Shown: piece after piece, positions 1-14,100 of the stretch | Layout: every line of letters starts with the position of its first letter | Numbering within the stretch: the stretch's first letter is position 1 | Assembly: GCF_964355755.1 (NCBI RefSeq) | Contig: NC_092672.1 | Coordinates: 26,170,437-26,234,436, forward strand | Origin: Antedon mediterranea | Lineage: Eukaryota > Animalia > Echinodermata | Reading direction: 5' to 3' | Length of the DNA: 64,000 nucleotides | The notes under the pieces: generated by a model | The model's input: only the letters and a program-made list of their open reading frames with translations | Database searches by the model: none | What the model was told of the DNA's origin: nothing | Translations under genes and position numbers: made by a program

Positions 1-1140
1 GTTTATTTCTGATCTTGCGTCTGCCCCGTGGAGTATTAGTGAGGCGTCCGAGGATGCTAACGAGGCTTGGGACATTTGGAAACAAATTTTTACTGATATT
101 TGTGATATTCATGCTCCTATGGTGACGATCAGGAGGAAGGGAACTGATATTCCATGGCTTACAGACAAATTGGTTTCCCTTTCTCATGATTGTGATTATT
201 TAAAACAAAAATCCGAAAAAACTAAGAATATAGATGATTGGAATTCTTACAAAAAGGCAAGAAATAAATTAAATAATTTGTCTAAATCACTAAAACGTGA
301 CTATATAAATAATAAATTAAAGGATAATGTTAATGACACTAAACCACTAAAACAACTCTCAATGTAAACGGTAATGAAATAAACAATCCAACTGATATTG
401 CTAATCATACATATTTTTGTTCAATTTCTAATGAACTTGCATCAAATTTTAATGACAACCAAAACGATATTATCTTTGAGTCGTTATCACAATTTCAACA
501 ACGTTTCACCTTTAAAGATATTAATGGAAATAAAATTGAAGCTTTGTTGGAAAAGTTAGAAATTGGAAAAGCTAATGGAATTGATGGGATTTCCGCTAGG
601 TTACTTAAAATTGCATCATCACAAATGTCTCAAAGTCTTGCCTTTTTGTTTAACTGGTCATTAAGATCTGGTGTTATTCCAAGTGAATCGAATGTGTTCT
701 TCATACTTATGTGATGTTTTGCAATATATTAGTGTACACAATATTCCAACCAGAAACTCTGAAAATAATCTGTTGTATTTGCCCAGATGTAACTTCGAAA
801 TATACAAACGTAGTTTTGTTTATTATGGAAGTTCACTCTGGAATGGCCTACCTTATGAATTAAGAAAACAAAACAATTATAACCGTTTTAAATCACGTGT
901 TAAGATTCATTTAATTGATTTGTTGCCGGTAGTCTAGGATGGTTGCAGTGAAAAATAATTTAAATTGGTATAAAAAGTTATAATTAATAATGAGAACAAT
1001 TCGTTTAGTTTTAGTTTAAGTTTAGTTTAAGTTGTTTTAAAATTATGTTTAAATGTGCCGTAGGGCTGCTCGGAAGAGCAGTTTTATTCTATTACTGAGA
1101 GGGCTACCCTACTGAAAGAAAACGAAATAAAAAAAAAATA
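1..1140 (+). mobile_element. Degenerate non-LTR retrotransposon (CR1/L2-group LINE) remnant with 3' end
   Basis: Broken frames give LINE ORF2 motifs (PWLT..., KANGIDGISARLLK, RSFVYYGSSLWNGLP). An internal deletion removes most of RT. A hairpin-like 3' end and A-rich tail lie at ~1060-1140. Confidence 0.75.
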
Positions 1141-2108
1141 ATATAATAAAAAGTCAATTAGCACGGCGCTGAAACAATGTGTTTTAATCAAAAGTGAAAG
1201 TACTTTACTCCTACACTTTTTTCGTGCGGAGGGTGCGCCCTCTCTGGATCCGCCACTGCTAAAAATCTCAGTCATAGTATTAAAAAAGGAAATGTTAAAT
1301 TGGAGGTTATACTTTGGAAGAAAGGAAGGTTTATAATACATATGTGAGGGATATGTTGAATTTAAAATAAACCATTTGATGTGCTGTTTAAAATGATTAC
1401 AGTGCAAAGTACTATTAATATTCTACGGATCACACAAAAGAAACATCATATACATGCATACTTATTCGACGTACTGTACAACCATCCAAAAGCAACAGTT
1501 ATAGCTGCTTAAGTTTACGGCGATGTTTCGCAACCTATTGGTCGTTTTATTCATTAAATAATTTGATTGGTTACAAAATAATTTCCTATGCCTATAAATT
1601 GTCTACAAACTGATCTACAAAATTCGGATTAAGTTGTTTTCAATCTTTTTAGAACTGTTTCATGTGAGCAAAGAGCCTGTATGCATGTTGCTAAGTAAAT
1701 CTGATTGTTATATTTGGTCAAATGCTTTGTTACACTAGTTTCTCATGAAAAAAAAATCTATAAATAATAATTATTGTATTTATTCTTAAATTTGTTTAAT
1801 ATTCATTTATTTTATTTACAACGGCTACATATACCAGATAGCTACAATAACCATAACCATTAAATATCCCTCTTTAATTAATCCTTGAAACAAGAAACAC
1901 TTTATTACATGCTTCCCACATTTTAACATTTGTTTAATATACGCACTATGTTTTTCCATTTCGACATTTGACATTTTACAATCTGCTTTCTTTTAAAAAT
2001 CCCAATAGTTTTGGTTTAATTGTGGGAGATTCATACAGTATACAACATTTTTTTAATTAACCTCAAAACTATTTTTTTTTTAGTAAAGGAGGTTTTCTTG
2101 TTTTTTAG

Positions 2109-4633
2109 GCAACCAGCTGTTATTTTTATGAAGACTAATTGTCTTGTCTTTTGTGAACAAAACAACTCAGTAGTAATGCGCCTGGGGGAAATCATTGAAG
2201 AGGGTCGGATACAATGGCAACATCCACAAGTGATTTTGAAAGAACATGATGCAAGGTAATAATATAAAGAAATATATTATAGTAAATTGATAAAGTCTAA
2301 AATTTGTTGACCAAACAGGGCTAATTGAAAATTTTGAATAATGATAAATTCAGTAATTGGGTATAAAGAAATTATAATTATAAACTAAAAATAAAGGAAA
2401 GATAACTAGACAATACAAGGGGAAAATATTGGTAGATTCAGTACACTATATTTATGCTGTTATAGACGGCAGCAGTTAATATAAGTACGTTTTACAATTT
2501 TTTAGCATTACTGTAATGGGATAGATAGAATATATAAATATGATTTAACATAAATAATGTTCAATGATTATGATAGTATTATTAGTATTAAGTATGATAT
2601 GTGTTAAAAATAATATTAAAGGGTATAAAAAAACAGAATATTACGAAGAAAAAAAAAGTAGAAGATGTATACAAAAAGTGAATTAAAAAAAAGGATGAAA
2701 TGTAGTATAAATAAATACAGTATATATATATATATATATATAGGCCTATATGAATAAATGTGGTAGTTACCCACGAAAGATAAAAACAAATGTAGTTGGC
2801 AATACAATTGATGAATATATAGGCTTAAAGCTACTTTGAAATTGAAGTAGCCTACAAACAGGTGAGTGAGTGGCCTAGCGGTTAAGACAGTGGAACCGTA
2901 ATCGCGTAGCCATAACATCGGCAGCGGTTCGAGGCTCACTCACTCCATGGTTCTGGTGGTAGAACGAGTCTTCTCGGATAAGGACTATAAACCGTAGGTC
3001 CAGTGTACACAACTTGCTCGTGTGCACTTTAAAGAACCTAGTACATCTTTCGAGACGAGTAGGGGGTTACCCCGGTGTATTAGTACATCACATCCACTGA
3101 TCACCAACTGGGCCCTCTGGGAGATCAGTTTTTGACTGAAGAGGTTACCCAGTATAAAGATAAAACAAACAAACAAACAAAACATAAACTATTTAATCTA
3201 AATTCAATGAAATTTGTGTGGTGGTTCTTTATATTTAAAAATGATTAAAATATACTAAAACTGTTTTGTCTTATATTGACTATTTCCTGCACAGCATTCA
3301 CAATCTAGTACCACTTGTGATAGATATGGAAGATGAAAAAGCAATGCTAATGTGTATTAGCCAAGATAATAAAACCAAGGAGAGGAAGATAAAAAGGATG
3401 ATAACTAATGACTGTGGAAAACGTTGGAAAGGACCAAATGATGTAAAAGTTGATTTGACAGGCATTTATAGTCAGTATAATTTGGTTTGTATAACAGTTG
3501 TTAGTTCTGTTAGGTAATTACCAAGTATTATGCTTTGTCACAATTAATGATGCAACCTGAACAACTTTCAAACAACAGTGGTACGTGTAATATATTTTAA
3601 TAATGTCTTTATATGGTTTATTGTGAAAATATATTGTTTTACTGTAAAAGCTTAATGTATATGCACTATAAACTAGAAATGCATGCAAAGCCGTATGGTG
3701 TAACATTTTTAGCAAATATTGTACCTAACTATACTATTTTATTTTGTTTTTAGCGCTTACAAAATGTGTGTGCGTAAATTCGAACGAATTGGTTGTTGCA
3801 TGCTGGAAACTAGAGAATAATGAAAGTAAGACAACTTTCCAAAGTAAAGTGTCAGTAATGTTAAAGAATGGGTATGATAAAACTGTATTGAAATTATTGT
3901 TGCAGAAAAGGTGTTTGTAATGAAAAGTACTGATGATGGTCGTACCTGGAATATTGTAACTGGTTTTAAATCACTGGATAGTACCTTAGGAAATCACACA
4001 CAGGTAAGAATCATATCATAAGAAAGCGTGTGTTCCATGTTATCATAGATTTGGTCAAAACACATTACACATTATTTTATTAGGTTGTTAAATATGAAAT
4101 AAAAAACAAAGAAGTCATCTACTTCATCTGCTCATTGAATGACTGTACGCAGTGTATCAGCAATGAAGGATCTGGACAATTTGATGCGAGGAGTGAGGAT
4201 CCGTCAGAAGCAAATCCAGAATGCCTGCTATGCATACCCAACAATATTACAGTATGTGTTTCTTGTTACACTGTTATTTCTTTAGCAACACAATCTAGGC
4301 CTATCTACTTTTTTTGTAATTTAAATGTAAACAATAATATCTTTATTTTTCTAGGGTGGCATTGTACGCATACCGAAAAAGACCGATGGTTTCTACCAAA
4401 TAGCAATGACAAGTCTTGGGAATAAAACAACTGAAAAGTGTCTTTCTCTTTACTTAAGTAAAGATGGTTGTGAAAACTGGTCTCAGTTTTGCCCACTAGG
4501 TCTAGTTAATGCAGAAGAATCTGACCTAGCTTATGTAACAACTTTGATGGAAGAAGTCGGAATAGTGTTTGTTTATAGATATGGTTCAGAAACAAAAGGT
4601 TATAACATTGGACTACAGATGATTTCTGCTTAG
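2109..4633 (+). CDS. Sialidase-fold (GH33, NEU2/3/4-like beta-propeller) protein, probably catalytically inactive; 5' exon(s) not resolved
   Basis: GT-AG exons in compatible phases: 2109-2255, 3295-3470 (donor uncertain), 3754-3843, 3906-4003, 4084-4251, 4355-4633. Asp-box-like repeats TNDCGKRW, STDDGRTW and SKDGCENW. N-terminal xQPAVIF..LVFCEQ..VVMRLG..IQWQ parallels NEU2 RIPALLY..LLAFAEQ..IVLRRG..VQWQ. C-terminal EESDL..VFVYRYG parallels GYSDL..CLYE. Confidence 0.7.
2861..3185 (+). mobile_element. tRNA-derived SINE with Deu/Nin-type core
   Basis: A-box TGGCCTAGCGG, B-box GGTTCGAGGC, core GGATAAGGACTATAAACCGTAGGTCC...GAGTAGGGGGTTACCCCGGTG, and a (AAAC)n tail. Confidence 0.85.
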
Positions 4634-6904
4634 AATTTGAACAACAAAAAATAAATATTTTGAAAGCAGTGAAGTGATTCAGTCTTATTCTCATAGCTAT
4701 ACTCTGCTATCTGCACACCATACTGATTGTGTATGTGTTGTGGCACAATGGTTAAATTTGGTTAAATACAGTGACGTTAATGTTTGCTTTTTTAAATAGA
4801 AACACATGTTGTACATATAATACTGTAGTTGTAATAGTAGTTTAGTTTTAAATATCACGAGAAGCATGTATGTATTGTATTATATTAAATTTACAAATAT
4901 ATGATATTTGTGAGAAATATTTTATTTTTCACCTATAATTTAATTTTCTCATGCATGAATTTATATACAATGATCCTAAGACAAAGTTTTTTCCGACTAT
5001 TTGCTGACCAACCTACTGTACCTCACTACATGTTATGTGGTCAGATAAATGCATTACTGGCTGTACCATCACCGCTGGGATAGATTATTTAAATTATATT
5101 CAAATATGCTTGATCAAATTAAGTTCTTTTAGCATACGGTGCTTGTCTTGTACTATACAGTAATATAAATCTTACTTAAAGCATGGAACTTTCTTTAATT
5201 GATATAAGACATGATATGTAACTATTCAATAGAAATCCATGGCAAACTACTGTATGTTGATTATCACTGCAAGCGTACAAGCTATTGCCGTGTATTCTGT
5301 ATGATTTAATACATAATGTTTACGCATTTAATGAATGTATATAATATCATATTTTGGTCATTTATCTTAACTAGAGTAAATGCAGTTGTGTGCTATTACT
5401 ATACTATATTTATCCTTTTTGTGTGGAATTTTATTTAAGTTGTTTGATTAAATGTTTTAGTACGAGAAATACATGCTCATAGTACGAGAAAAAAAAGTGT
5501 ATTAGTTTCATTGGAGAATGATGTTACTAATAGGTCGCCGTGAGTCAGCGCCCTCTCGATTAAAATAATGTGAAAGTGTGTAGGCGCTATTATTAGAATC
5601 TATAGACGATATACTGTTTATATTTTCAGAAATGGCAAAATATATTGAGATAATTGATAATTAGACTGAGATATAAATATCTGATAATAAAGTTTGAGGA
5701 GAAAAAAGAGAAAAGCTTGTTGAGACATTTAAAGTTAAGTCCAATCAAAAGTAATATATAATTTTCTTCCTTAGAAACATCCAGCAAAAAGTATTGTAAC
5801 AAAATCAAAGTATTTTTCGAGAAGAGACACGTTCCTACTTTTTTTATTTAATTATGAAAACGGGGCGGGAATATTTGGCGCTTTTATCCGGGAAATTTCC
5901 TTTTTAAATGAAAAATGCGTTTGAGTACCACAACCGTTGTTAGATATTTGTAACGTAGGCCTACTGACACTATCAACGCAGCCTAGTTGTAGCTGAAACC
6001 TCTTTTTTCCTTTTAGCGTTGGCTATGTGTATAAGCGACTACGATAACTCCAGAGGGCGCCATATTTAAAAGAACAATCGGGACAAAAAAGTTCCATCTA
6101 AAATAATATGAAGATTTTATGGTGATGACATGACTATGATGAAAAAATGTGAATGGAGTGATATTTAAAAAAAAATAATGTAAATTATAAGAAGAATAAT
6201 AAAACTAAAGTACTTTTAAAAAGTATTTTGTTACAGAAATTGATATATAAAATGGATTTCTATTAACAAATATTAAAAGAAAATAATGTTTAAATATGTG
6301 TATCACGTGTGTTAAAATATATATGCCTAAATCACTTAAAGATGTATTGACCTTTTGACTAATCCCAAAAAAATAAAAAAATAAATATTTCGAAAAAAAG
6401 TTGGTCATTTTGAAGTATCATAATAGTTATTAACTTTCACCACAAATTTGTCGAAAAAAAATAATTTAACTGAAATACAGACGTTTTTTTGTTCAAAAAA
6501 TAACTTTGACTTCCATTCAAAGTTTTCGACCAAAACATATAGCTCATAATGCAACGCGCTTGTTTGGCTACTCTGTATGCATAATCATAAAACTTCCTCG
6601 CGATCTGTTTGACGAGTTGTAATTAGCATCAATGCATAATGCATACTCGTGGTTTGAAATCTTTACTTTCGCTAGCGAAGATTTTCCAGACGAAATGTAA
6701 TCAAATTAATTTACCTGTTTTAAATTGCGTAAACTTGTTGTTTGGCTCGAATTTTCGACTTAAAGTGAATAACTTTAATATTACTTTGATATGGCCAATT
6801 TAAATTTAGAATATTTCTTTATTTGTCCAGGGACAATACATCTTTCAGAAGACCTTTTCAATTTGCATTTTCTTTAGTTTTTGCTCTTCTTTTTTTCTGT
6901 TGAT

Positions 6905-6972
6905 TGTTCAGCGCTTTGAGGCGTCCTGCATTTTGCGCTATAGTAAATTGAACATTATTATTATTATTATTA
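6905..6972 (+). mobile_element. L2-type LINE/SINE 3' terminus
   Basis: AGCGCTTTGAG...GCGCTATA stem followed by a (TTA)n tail, typical of L2 3' ends. Confidence 0.5.
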
Positions 6973-7625
6973 AGATACTTTTATATATTACGTAGGTCAG
7001 AGTTTTTAAAAGCATTTACTGTAAACTGTTTTTTAATTAGTCGCATAAGATTGCTTATAATTTTGCAGATTTGTATAATAGCGAACTGTGCTATTATAGA
7101 TTTATTTAAAAAATGAATATTGACCTAATTTAAACTATAATATTACGAGAAATTTGTTTAAGATAAATATAAAATGATTATTACTAGTGTTATTATGTAT
7201 GAAAATGATCAGACAATTATACAACTAATATAATATAAACTTATAATATATAAACTTATATAAAGTTCTACAGAAATACGACATGAAACAATGTTTTTAA
7301 TATAATAATATTCTGAGATAATATAGGCCTAATATATAAACTATTGTTAAATAGTAACATTTATAACCGTTATTATCTTGCATTAGTAAATCATTAAAAG
7401 CAAGAACTTCCAAAGTTGAACAAATTGTTAGAAGATATCAGAATTATGCACTATAAAAATATGCATTAAGACAATTATAAACATTTTATATGCTACAATT
7501 ATGTTTGTTATTCTGAAATAAAAGTGGGTGAAATGCCTACTAAAGAGAAAAAAAAATGTTAATAATATCACGCGAAAGATCTGTTTAGTTTTTGGTAAAG
7601 AAGATGATGCAATGATGATACACTG

Positions 7626-7723
7626 TTTTAGTCGCGACTAGCTCACGCAGTCGGTCGGTCGGTAAACACTAACTCAAATTTGCGCACGCGACTGGGCCAG
7701 CCATCCCATGTATATGGCCCTGT
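7626..7723 (+). mobile_element. Short DINE-1/Helentron-associated (HINE-like) element
   Basis: TTTTAGTCGCG...(GTCG)n...CACGCGACT...ATGGCCCTGTT; same architecture as the copies at 28141, 29257 and 50586. Confidence 0.6.
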
Positions 7724-7992
7724 TGTCTTCAAACCTAGTCTAACCTAGTATGTCACTGTTTGGCTGAGGTTATTTTAAAAATACCGTCTATTTTAATGGG
7801 GGCACTTTGTCGACTTGCACAATCACGTGATTATAGAGGCTTGATTTGATTGGTTGGCTGACTTTACGAACCTCAGCAAACCCGTCTTTTCTTTCATAAT
7901 TTGCTAAAGATATTTGTAGCACTGAAACGTCAACACATTTAATAGTTCCAAGTCGCTTTTGTCGTTATTATTTCGCATGTAGGGTATTATTT

Positions 7993-10900
7993 TTATCTAT
8001 ATTGATTTGGTGGCAAGAGTACCTTATTTGGCGCTCCAGCACAACCTGTATCTTTACTAGTAGACCTAGTTAGTAATCCTTGATAGTGATGGTTTTGGTA
8101 TTCGACATCCCCTCTTTTCTATAAAAAAGGAAAACGTGGTACATTATTGAATGATGAGTTGTTGAAATTTGGTCTTGATGTTATTTTCAGTACCAGGCTG
8201 TACGGGTGATTGTTTAATTTAAAATGTTTCATCTAGTTTTTGAATACTTACTACTACAGTAGGCCTAACATATCCATCCTCATCTACATCGACACCAGAG
8301 CTTTCTGAAACGTGTAGATTGCTGTATTGAGAATGTTGACTTTCAGTTTCTCTTACTTCTCTATGCTATACATATAAATGGGTAGGCATAATATTATTAT
8401 AGAGATGTATGTATTATAGATTTAATAACTAATCTATATTTTAAATTAAGTAATTCAGAACGTAAAATTAATTATATGAATGATAGTTTTTGTATCTTGA
8501 TTTCAACCCACAATCGTACAGTAAAATACAGATTCTGACTTGCGATTATAGTAATTATTTTTGTTTAAATTCACCCTGTAACCAGTAGGCCTACCTTTAA
8601 ATAACTTTATAAAATTGTGTAGCGTATTTTAATGGACAAACTGAAACATTAAAATATCAACATTGCGGTTGATTGAATCAGATCTGAAACATACTAATAT
8701 TGTTTACCTGTATTCTTGTAGGTTTCCTAGATCTCATTTTATTTGCCGTTCTGGTCAAACCAATATCCAGTGTAGGGTCTTTGTTTATGTCTTTGTTAGC
8801 GCCAGAATTTGAAGGAAATTCCAATGCTTGATAATGTGGGTTTTGACCTTTTGAAACAATTTCCTGTATACGCCTTACCTTAATTAAAAGAGACATTGCT
8901 ATTGCTATTAATGGTAGATAATAATATAATTATATGAAAAGGTATAGGCTTACTTTTGTGATTCCACAATGCTCAATATCGGAGGTTTCATTAAAAATTC
9001 GTTATGATAATCATATAAAACAAACAATTGTTATTTATTTTCAGGAATAAACTGTGCTGTATAATTTTGAAATACTTACAAAAATATAACGTGTTGTTAA
9101 AAACGTAGGAACAGAGCCCAGAATAAATGCCAATATTGCTGTTATTATTGTACTTATTGCACACGAACTACCTAAAAGTAAGTAAACGTACACTATTGAA
9201 CAACCGACGCTAAAACGTGCATATTTTTTTACCATGTTCGAGCAGCACCATGCGCTGCCGCAGTTGAAATAAACAAAATAATTGTCAGACTTTCTAGCAT
9301 AAAAGTGGAAAATCACAAAGCATTTAAATCAACATGTGACTTGAATAAACATTTGGTTACTTTTTGTAACAATCCTTGTTATACCCAAAGTTATCACAAT
9401 ATCTGTTGGTGGTTAATGGTATGTTAGTGGTTTATTATTATGTAAAGTGGCTTAACCTTCTACAGAGCATACGGAGAATTAGGCTACAGTTAATTTGTCC
9501 TTTCTTATTACCAAAACTTACCTGGATTACAGTCCTCCAGTGTCACTGTGTTGTTACACTTTTCGTTCTCTGCATAGCATGTAAGACTAGTCTGACACAT
9601 GTTATCGTTAGTTCTTATAGTTACTGTATGTTCTCCTTTCTTAACCACTTCATCATGTTGTAATATCAATACTGATGGTGGTTTGGGATAGCCCTCTGCT
9701 ATGCATGTTGCAAATCCAATATCAGGTTTAAATGTTACAATAATGTCTAAAAAAGATTATAAAATTCTAAAGATACAATAGTTGTTATTGTAAAGAAAAA
9801 CGTTATCAAACTACTTGAATTGAAAACAGGTTAACTATTTGTATCAATCCATACTTTATTGAACTTAAAAAAACGTTCGGGTAACCGGTTGATATAATTG
9901 TGAGTATATTGTTTACTATATCTAAACAATAGTTACGGCTTTAACACGTTGAAACACCGGTTCTCGTCAGATCACCGAACGTTGGGCCTGGTTAGTAGAG
10001 CTTGGATGGGAGACCATCTGGGAATAGCGGGTGCTGTATACGGAGCTGGGGTCCCGTTAGGCATTTGAAATCAGCACTGCTGACTCTTATGGCAGCCCCT
10101 GCATCTAGTATCTGCCTCAGACCTCTGGTCAAGGTGGGCACTGGACGAGAGAATGTTGATCAATGTCAGGACCAATCAAGGTGCTTTAAACAGTCCTGGC
10201 TTTGTTTGTATAAAACCTGTTAGTGGCGGTAATTATCGCTGTTGGTTTCGATTGAATAAAATTTAAAAAAATATATATATACATATTTGATTACATTACA
10301 TTTTAGAAATTGAAAACAATTTATTTTTTCTTTTAATATGTTGTTTTAAGTTAGCTTAATTAAACTTTAAAACAAGTTTGTCAGGGTCACATTTTGATAC
10401 ATTTTGAGTTTTTAAGGACCGAAAAAAAAACGTTAATGAAAACAAGCAAAACTGAACAGCATAGTAAATATACAGTTTTGGATCAATGTAATAAGAATAC
10501 ATAAGAAATACATTTAGAAGATGTAGCGTTTACTTACAATATACATTCAACTGTTTTCCCGCACTTGTTTTAGCATCATCTCCTTTAAACTGATCACTTT
10601 CTGCTTTACATGTATATCTTCCATCATCTTCTTCAGTAGCTGATTTGATCTTAAAAACTGAATCTGTACTTGAAATCACATATCTGGAACTATTTTTTAT
10701 ATTGACTGTTTTTCCATTTTTATACCAAATAATTTGAGGAACAGGGTTACCATCAGGTTTACCACAAGTAAAATTCACTGATTGACCTTTATAGACAGTG
10801 ATTGCAGTAGCATTCAAAATTGGTTGATCCAAGTCTGAAAAAAACCATACAATAATTATATTGCATATTGTATCTAAATTAAGTAAAAGTCATAAAAATT

Positions 10901-11085
10901 AACGCAAAACATAGAAATAGAAATCAACAAAAATCCGCTCAAATTGTAAAATATTGTTTTCAATATGATTTACCACGTATGTTAAACCATACACTTGTGT
11001 ATTACCCAATCTGACCGGGTTCTGTATCTTTTCTTTCTTTCCAGCAACATTTTAAAATATACTAGTAGCATACTACTTACTAGGC

Positions 11086-11132
<47 letters not shown>

Positions 11133-14100
11133 GTAGTATATGCACGCGCACTTATATATATGCGTACTGCGCATATGCTCTGACGAGGTTAGCCTACAAA
11201 ACGTTCTATACTATTGTTCATGACTACTAGTTGGTTTCATTAAATACGTTCATTATTATACTCATCTCAACGTACTTATTAATTTGTCTACGACGATACA
11301 CGACACTGGCGACGAGGATACAGGCACATTTACATAGAGAGAAACGGAAGTATAATAATATTATAAAACTAGGCCTAGGCTAGCAGTTTTTGATTTTCCA
11401 ACAACGGCAACCGTAACCAAGGAACCGCACAGGCTAATAACGATTCTGAGCGCCCTGAACGTACAGAACGAAGCGCGGTAATGGCAGCGGCTAATACCAG
11501 AATTCTATTCGAGGAATTCAACGTCCAGGATGGAGACATAGATACGTATGTGGACAGGCTGGAACAATATTTTGTGGCATTAGATATCAATGACGGAGGT
11601 AAGAAAAGAGCGATATTATTGAGTAGTTTAGGAGAGACTGGATACACAACGATACGAGATTTGTGTTTTCCTGATAAACCAAGTACAAAATCGTACGATA
11701 CGCTCACAACCAAGCTCAAAGAGCATTACAAACCTACTCGAATAACGATTTCTGAACGATTTATATTCAGAAATGTAAAACAGACACCGGGACAGACTAT
11801 TTCTCAATTTGTATCCCATCTAAAGAAAAAGGCGATAGGCCTACATTGTGGTTTTGAAGGAGAGGCATTGGAAAACGCACTGCGTGATCAGTTCGTATGT
11901 GGACTAATAAGTCAGAGCATCCAAAAGAAATTATTGACAAAGAACCATACGTTCAAGGAAGCACCAGACATAGCCATAGCCTCGGAGGCAGCAACAGCGA
12001 ATATGAAAAGTATGTCGCACGATGTGGACAAGCCAATCAACCACGTTACGTCTAACAGCAGGAAGTCTACAAAAACGTATCAAGCGTCAAAACAAACACG
12101 AACGCAGAAATGTGACCGCTGTGGTATGAACAATCATACAAGAGATACGTGTAAATACAAAAACGCTACATGCTTTAAATGCAACAAACAAGGACACCTA
12201 AAATCAGAATGCAGGCAGTCGAGTAAATCAACAAAACAATATAAACCTAAATCCATCAAGCAAGTAGAAGCACCGGATTACGACGAAGGTAATGACGATT
12301 TTGTAGATACAATGTTTTGCGTAGGCATTAAGCAGGACAATTCGGTACCACCAATAACGGTACAGATGCGAGTTGATGATATAGATATTGATTTTGAAGT
12401 AGATACGGGCGCAGCAGTATCGATAATTAGCTTTGACGATTACGAAAGCAAGCTTAGCCATCTACCATTAAAGTCAGTAAAACGTACACTTCACGCATAC
12501 ACAGGTACTAAGCTCGATATAGCAGGAGAAATTAAAGTCACCGTGAACTATAGGGGCCAGAGTAACGTTCTCCCACTGATAGTAGTGAGAACACAGCGAC
12601 GAAACTCACCACCCTTGCTTGGAAGAACCTGGTTAGAAGTGATTAAGTTGGACTGGAAGTCATTATTTCCACCATCGCTTGCTCAGAATTCGGTAGAAAT
12701 AGATAACGATGTCGGTCAGTCATTCAAACGGAAGTTCCCAGAAGTTTTCCGAACGGAATTAGGTACGGTTCAGGGACACAAAGTGACATTACATCTAAAA
12801 GTGAACGCAATCCCAAAATTCTGCAAAGCTCGAAATGTTCCATTTGCGCTACGCTCCGCAGTTGAGGTAGAGTTAGACAGAATGCAAAACGAAGGAGTTA
12901 TTTATCCGGTAGACTTTAGTCAGTGGGCAACCCCATTGGTATGTATTCCAAAGGCCGATGGCAGGGTACGTGTCTGCGGAGATTATAAAGTAACAGTCGA
13001 GTTTAAATTGCGACCAATATCCAATTCCGACCCCAGAGGAAGTTTTCACCAAGTTGGGAGGTGGAAAGCGATTCTCTAAGATTGATTTGAAATGTGCGTA
13101 CCAGCAGTTAGTACTGGAAGACGAGGCGCAAGAGTTGGTAACGATCAACACGCACCGCGGATTATATCGATACACGAGGTTACCGTTTGGTATTTCGTCC
13201 AGTCCAGCCATATGGCAGCGATTCATAGAACAGGTGATAGCAGGACTTAAAGGAACATGTGCGATCATGGACGATGTTCTTGTTACAGGTGCGTCTGATA
13301 AAGAGCATATTAGTAATCTTGAGAAACTATTTGAGAGATTTAACAAGTATGGTCTCAGAGTGAAAGCTGAGAAATGCGCGTTTGTACAAAAGGAAGTAGT
13401 CTACATGGAACGTAAGCTATCAGCAGCAGGAATTCAACCGACAGACGATAAAGTGAAAGCCATCAAGGATGCACGAGCACCACAGAATGCAACAGAACTA
13501 AGATCCTGGCTAGGACTAGTTAACTATCACGCGTCATTTATTCCACGATTATCGACGATGATACATCCTTTGAATGAGCTGTTGGGAAGCAAACCATGGT
13601 CATGGACTGTCGACTGTAGTAAAGCGTTTAACGCGGTAAAGCGAATTATTAGCGAAGACATGATGTTGACGCATTATGACCCATTAAAACCACTGGAACT
13701 ATACACGGACGCATCACCATACGGAGTTGGCGCAGTCATTTGCCACGTAAACGAGAACAATATCAAAACACCGATTGCGTACGCATCGCGAAGCCTGCAT
13801 AAACACGAAAAGGGTTATGCACAACTAGACAAGGAAGCCCTAAGCATCATGTTTGGACTTCAAAGGTTTAGAACATACTTATACGGACGGAAATTCACGA
13901 TAAGAACTGATCATAAGCCACTTGAACGCATTCTAGGACCTAAATCAGCTATTCCGACACTGGCCGCACAGAGATTACAGCGATGGGCAATCGTGCTGTC
14001 AGCGTTCGAATACGATTTAAAGTTCATTCCTGGAAAACAGAACGTAATTGCCGACGCACTCTCACGTCTCCCAATGCCATACGAAGGACGGGAAGACGAT

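Noticed and set aside
2861-2945. tRNA gene
   Set aside because: No proper cloverleaf, and it continues into a SINE core and tail.
8252-8267. TAGGCCTA/TACAGTA scar within the Ig-gene exon
   Set aside because: It encodes a plausible DGYVRP motif and no reference allele is available, so coincidence cannot be excluded.
9931-10040. Functional 5S rRNA gene
   Set aside because: Deletion across the A-box region, other indels, no oligo-T terminator, single copy.
12990-13079. Programmed gag-pol ribosomal frameshift in the outer Gypsy
   Set aside because: The shift falls inside RT (between GDYKVTV and SLNCDQYP), has no slippery heptamer, and the related inner element is single-ORF; a small deletion explains it better.
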